DNA of 64,000 bases from Macrostomum hystrix (Eukaryota > Animalia > Platyhelminthes): the NCBI GenBank assembly GCA_950097015.1, contig CATNEN010000025.1, positions 3,782,001 through 3,846,000 of the forward strand. Direction: 5' to 3'. The notes under the pieces were generated by a model, which saw only the letters and a program-made list of their open reading frames with translations, did not search any database and was not told where the DNA came from. Of this stretch, positions 61,347-64,000 are shown in pieces. Numbering within the stretch: the stretch's first letter is position 1; every line of letters starts with the position of its first letter. The position numbers and the translations under genes are program-made.

Positions 61347-61954
61347 GCCTTTTAGGAACTTGTTGCTATGCCTAGGCTTTCTTTGCACCACTGTGCTACA
61401 GCTTGCATGCGCCTCATTCGCACCAGCTGGCGAGAGATTTTTAACGAAAACCACGCACGCACGGCCACAGGGGGTTGGCAGGCCAGAGGGTAATGGGATG
61501 ATGGATGCAGAGAGAATGAAGTGTGGCAAGAATATCGATCTGCCTCAGGATTAGTACACAAGCGTGCCTTCCCAAATCCCAAGGGGGGGGGGCAAACCCA
61601 CGTACGGAACAAATCTTCGGATGGAAAATCAACTTCGAGGATGAACAACTGCGAATTGGCACCTGCAAGGCGCGGACCATCTGTCTGTCTTCCTGACGCA
61701 CGCCTGCAGGTATTTCTTCCGCCTTTTTCTAGCCTTCAATCATCTGGCCTAAGCGGGCTAGCCTGATCCGGCTATCGTTAAACACCTCGCCTCCTCCACC
61801 TGGCGAACCCAGGTAGTCCGATGTTTTTCTTTCACGTCGTCTTGATTTGCACTCTCCAAGTCATGACGGAACACCGCTGCAGTCGCAATAAACTCGCAGA
61901 TTCTTAACTAGACACCTTAAATTCCGGGTTGAATAGATCAAAATTTTTCGCCTT

Positions 61955-62107
61955 CAGCGATCAACTAACTTTCAAAGCGGTATGACGTTAGCAACGTCGA
62001 GATATTCAGCGGTTCTCGTCGAAGACACTGGTGACAAGGACACCTAACATAGCCTGTGTCCTGGGTTTTCTTGGCGATTGGTTGAATATTTTTGGAGATA
62101 CCCCGTG
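61955..62107 (+). mobile_element. Internally deleted copy of the 63241-63753 TIR element
   Basis: AACTAACTTTCAAAGC...GTCGAAGAC...GTGACAAGGACA matches 63325-63410; ends GGAGATACCCCGT. Confidence 0.55.
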
Positions 62108-62815
62108 GTCATTCTACTGTTTAACAAATGTTTTAATAAAGCGCAGGCCTCAATAAGACCTCTCTCTTGAGAAAAGTAACTGTACAATCTCTGAACACTT
62201 TCAGCTAGCGAGGTGTTTAACAAAACCAGGAACAGCAGTCAAAGCGTTTGTCACGTACAGTACATTGGCGACCCGCTTTTAGCGGAACAAACGCTTTTAT
62301 TTATTATTTGTAAAAGATACGGCTACAAAAATGCTACTAGGAGAAGCAATGCGCTAAAATGCAACACAAGACTTGGCTGACAGGGGCGCAATTCGCAAAA
62401 AAAGATTTTATGTAATTTTGACAAAAATAAAAGTAAAAAAGCGCATTATGTAAGGAAAATAAATGCTTCACATGCGGCGGTTTCGAAGTTTCCAAGAAAT
62501 AGGCGAGAATGGTCTCAAGATTAAAGAAAGAGCAAAAAATATTGAGTTGTAAAACGTGACGATTCAGGCAGGAGCTTTGAACACTTTTCGAACGTCTTAT
62601 TTGGCTCTAGAATCGTTTCTCGTACTAATTTTGAACGTTTACAACTTGCTCCGTTCCACTTATTAGTATAATACGACTTTAAACTAGTCAACCAGTGTTA
62701 AACATATCATCAGATCGACGAACAAAAAATGGAAGAACGACACTTTGGTTCGAGTCAAGAAACAAGTGTTAATATAATAAGCGTTAGATTAGTCAGCTTT
62801 TTAGGATGAAATAGC

Positions 62816-63004
62816 TTAATCGCAACCGTTGGTGCGCTCAAAAAAGCCATTCAAGTATTTGGTGATTTCCTCGCAGGTGTAGTACCAGCGACGATCACTG
62901 CGGTCCACCTTATCTGGGTGGTAGTGCAGCAGGGCCATTGTCAGGCGCTTCATCGTGGGCAGGCTCAGATCCGGCGTTTCCCTGAAGTGTTTGAGGTTAC
63001 AGGC
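62816..63004 (-). CDS. Probable terminal exon of a second J-like (HYHPDK) gene; 5' part not in this window
   Basis: Polypyrimidine acceptor CCCCGTTCTCTTTCTATTGTTAAG at 63005, then ACNLKHF...MALLHYHPDKVDRSDRRWYYTCEEITKYLNGFF, paralogous to the C-terminus of the 57906 gene. Confidence 0.55.
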   Translation of the reverse strand, partial: ACNLKHFRETPDLSLPTMKRLTMALLHYHPDKVDRSDRRWYYTCEEITKYLNGFFERTNGCD

Positions 63005-63024
63005 CTTAACAATAGAAAGAGAAC

Positions 63025-63276
63025 GGGGCTGTTTCAAATAGTCACTGCCTACTTCACGATGGGGCTGTTTCAAATAGTCACTGCCTACTTCACGATGGGG
63101 CTGTTTCAAATAGTCACTGCCTACTTCACGATGGGGCTGTTTCAAATAGTCACTGCCTACTTCACGATGGGGCTGTTTCAAATAGTCACTGCCTACTTCA
63201 CGATGGGGCTGTTTCAAATAGTCACTGCCTACTTCACGATGGGGCTGTTTCAAATAGTCACTGCCTACTTCACGAA
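63025..63276. repeat. 36-bp tandem repeat x7 (GGGGCTGTTTCAAATAGTCACTGCCTACTTCACGAT)
   Basis: Units at 63025, 63061, 63097, 63133, 63169, 63205 and 63241. Confidence 0.95.
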
Positions 63277-63753
63277 CCGAATGACCGAATGACCGATTCT
63301 CGTGAAAGTACACCCTTTTTTGATGAACTAACTTTCAAAGCCGTCCGACGGTGAGCATTGTAGAGATACTCAGCAATTATTGTCGAAGACCATCGTGACA
63401 AGGACAACTAAAATTGCACTGTATAAACCTCTATATGGCGAGTCCATGTTGGTTCAAAAGTGTGAAAAACTAAAACAATTTAATCAATCCAAAATAGTCA
63501 ACAATTAAGGCCGACATGATTGCATGATGAAATTTCGTGAGTAGATAAATTATGCCTATATTTGTGGTTTTCACCTCCAGGCACCCTGATGAGAATCTTT
63601 GAATATCTCGACGATGCCGATGTTCTGTGATTCTGAAAGTTGTTTCATCGGATAGAGCGGAAAATTGTAGCTTAAATTCTGGATTTTCGTGGCAATTGGT
63701 TGAATGTTTTGGGAGATACAGAAAAAGAGAAGTGTGGGTATTTGAAATACCCC
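63241..63753 (+). mobile_element. Non-autonomous DNA-transposon-like element with imperfect TIR GGGG(C)T(G/A)TTTCAAATA
   Basis: Left end GGGGCTGTTTCAAATA; right end TATTTGAAATACCCC. Partial copies at 20826-20865 (left end), 57230-57345 (right part) and 61955-62107. Confidence 0.55.
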
Positions 63754-63824
63754 GTAGTCTTTCTAATTTCAAATGTACTCGTAATAAACTTATAATTACT
63801 GATTAAACCTGCCCCAATTGGGTC

Positions 63825-64000
63825 AGATGTGCAGCCGACAGCACATTGCGCGGCGCATCTGAAGGCTGTGTACGGCTGTTCAGTCCATGGACTGTGAGAG
63901 AAGCCACACACCCTCAATTACCCCAGGTGATGCTGGTACCCATTTACCAGCTGTGTTAACTGAAGCAATGCAGAGTTAAGTGTCTTGCTAAAGGACACAA
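63825..64000 (-). mobile_element. SINE-like body fragment cut by the window edge (CAGTCCATGGACT family)
   Basis: Minus strand reads TTGTGTCCTTTAGCAAGACACTTAAC, like the post-tRNA segment common in metazoan tRNA-SINEs; shares its core with 1066-1190. Confidence 0.55.

Noticed and set aside
63005-63313. In-frame 7x EVGSDYLKQPHR N-terminus for the J-like ORF
   Set aside because: A 36-bp unit keeps frame by chance; a strong acceptor sits at 63005 and the unit derives from a TIR end.
63580-63650. Hammerhead ribozyme (CTGATGA...GAAA)
   Set aside because: Stem II register is off by one nucleotide and no stem I/III or cleavage triplet can be formed.

Overview
Eukaryotic (animal) genomic DNA: GC-rich spliced exons, AT-rich intergenic DNA, GT-AG introns and many minisatellites, SINEs and MITE-like elements. 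The style suggests a free-living flatworm such as Macrostomum, but that is inference only. Genes, left to right: the 5' six exons of furry (FRY, minus strand, running off the left edge); a two-exon hyccin/FAM126 gene; three two-exon DM9-repeat (DUF3421) genes; a decayed multi-exon gene with a BEN-like C-terminus; two five-exon RPA1 copies facing each other around RPL7A; a TPR-like/J-like (HPD) pseudogene plus the last exon of a paralogue; and a PLAC8/cornifelin-family gene. Main structural oddities: (1) two adjacent convergent inverted duplications (DM9 arms ~17.5-20.8/32.7-36.4 kb; RPA1 arms ~38.0-41.65/49.25-53.3 kb) with sharp boundaries suggestive of gene conversion; (2) most FRY and RPA1 introns are filled by their own minisatellite, and RPA1 intron 1 is a chain of 50-bp GT...AG units copying the exon end and donor; (3) minisatellites that arose from a TIR-element terminus or inside a SINE; (4) a micro-inversion inside a minisatellite. 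Splice coordinates were read by eye and checked for phase; all family names come from recalled motif similarity, not database searches.
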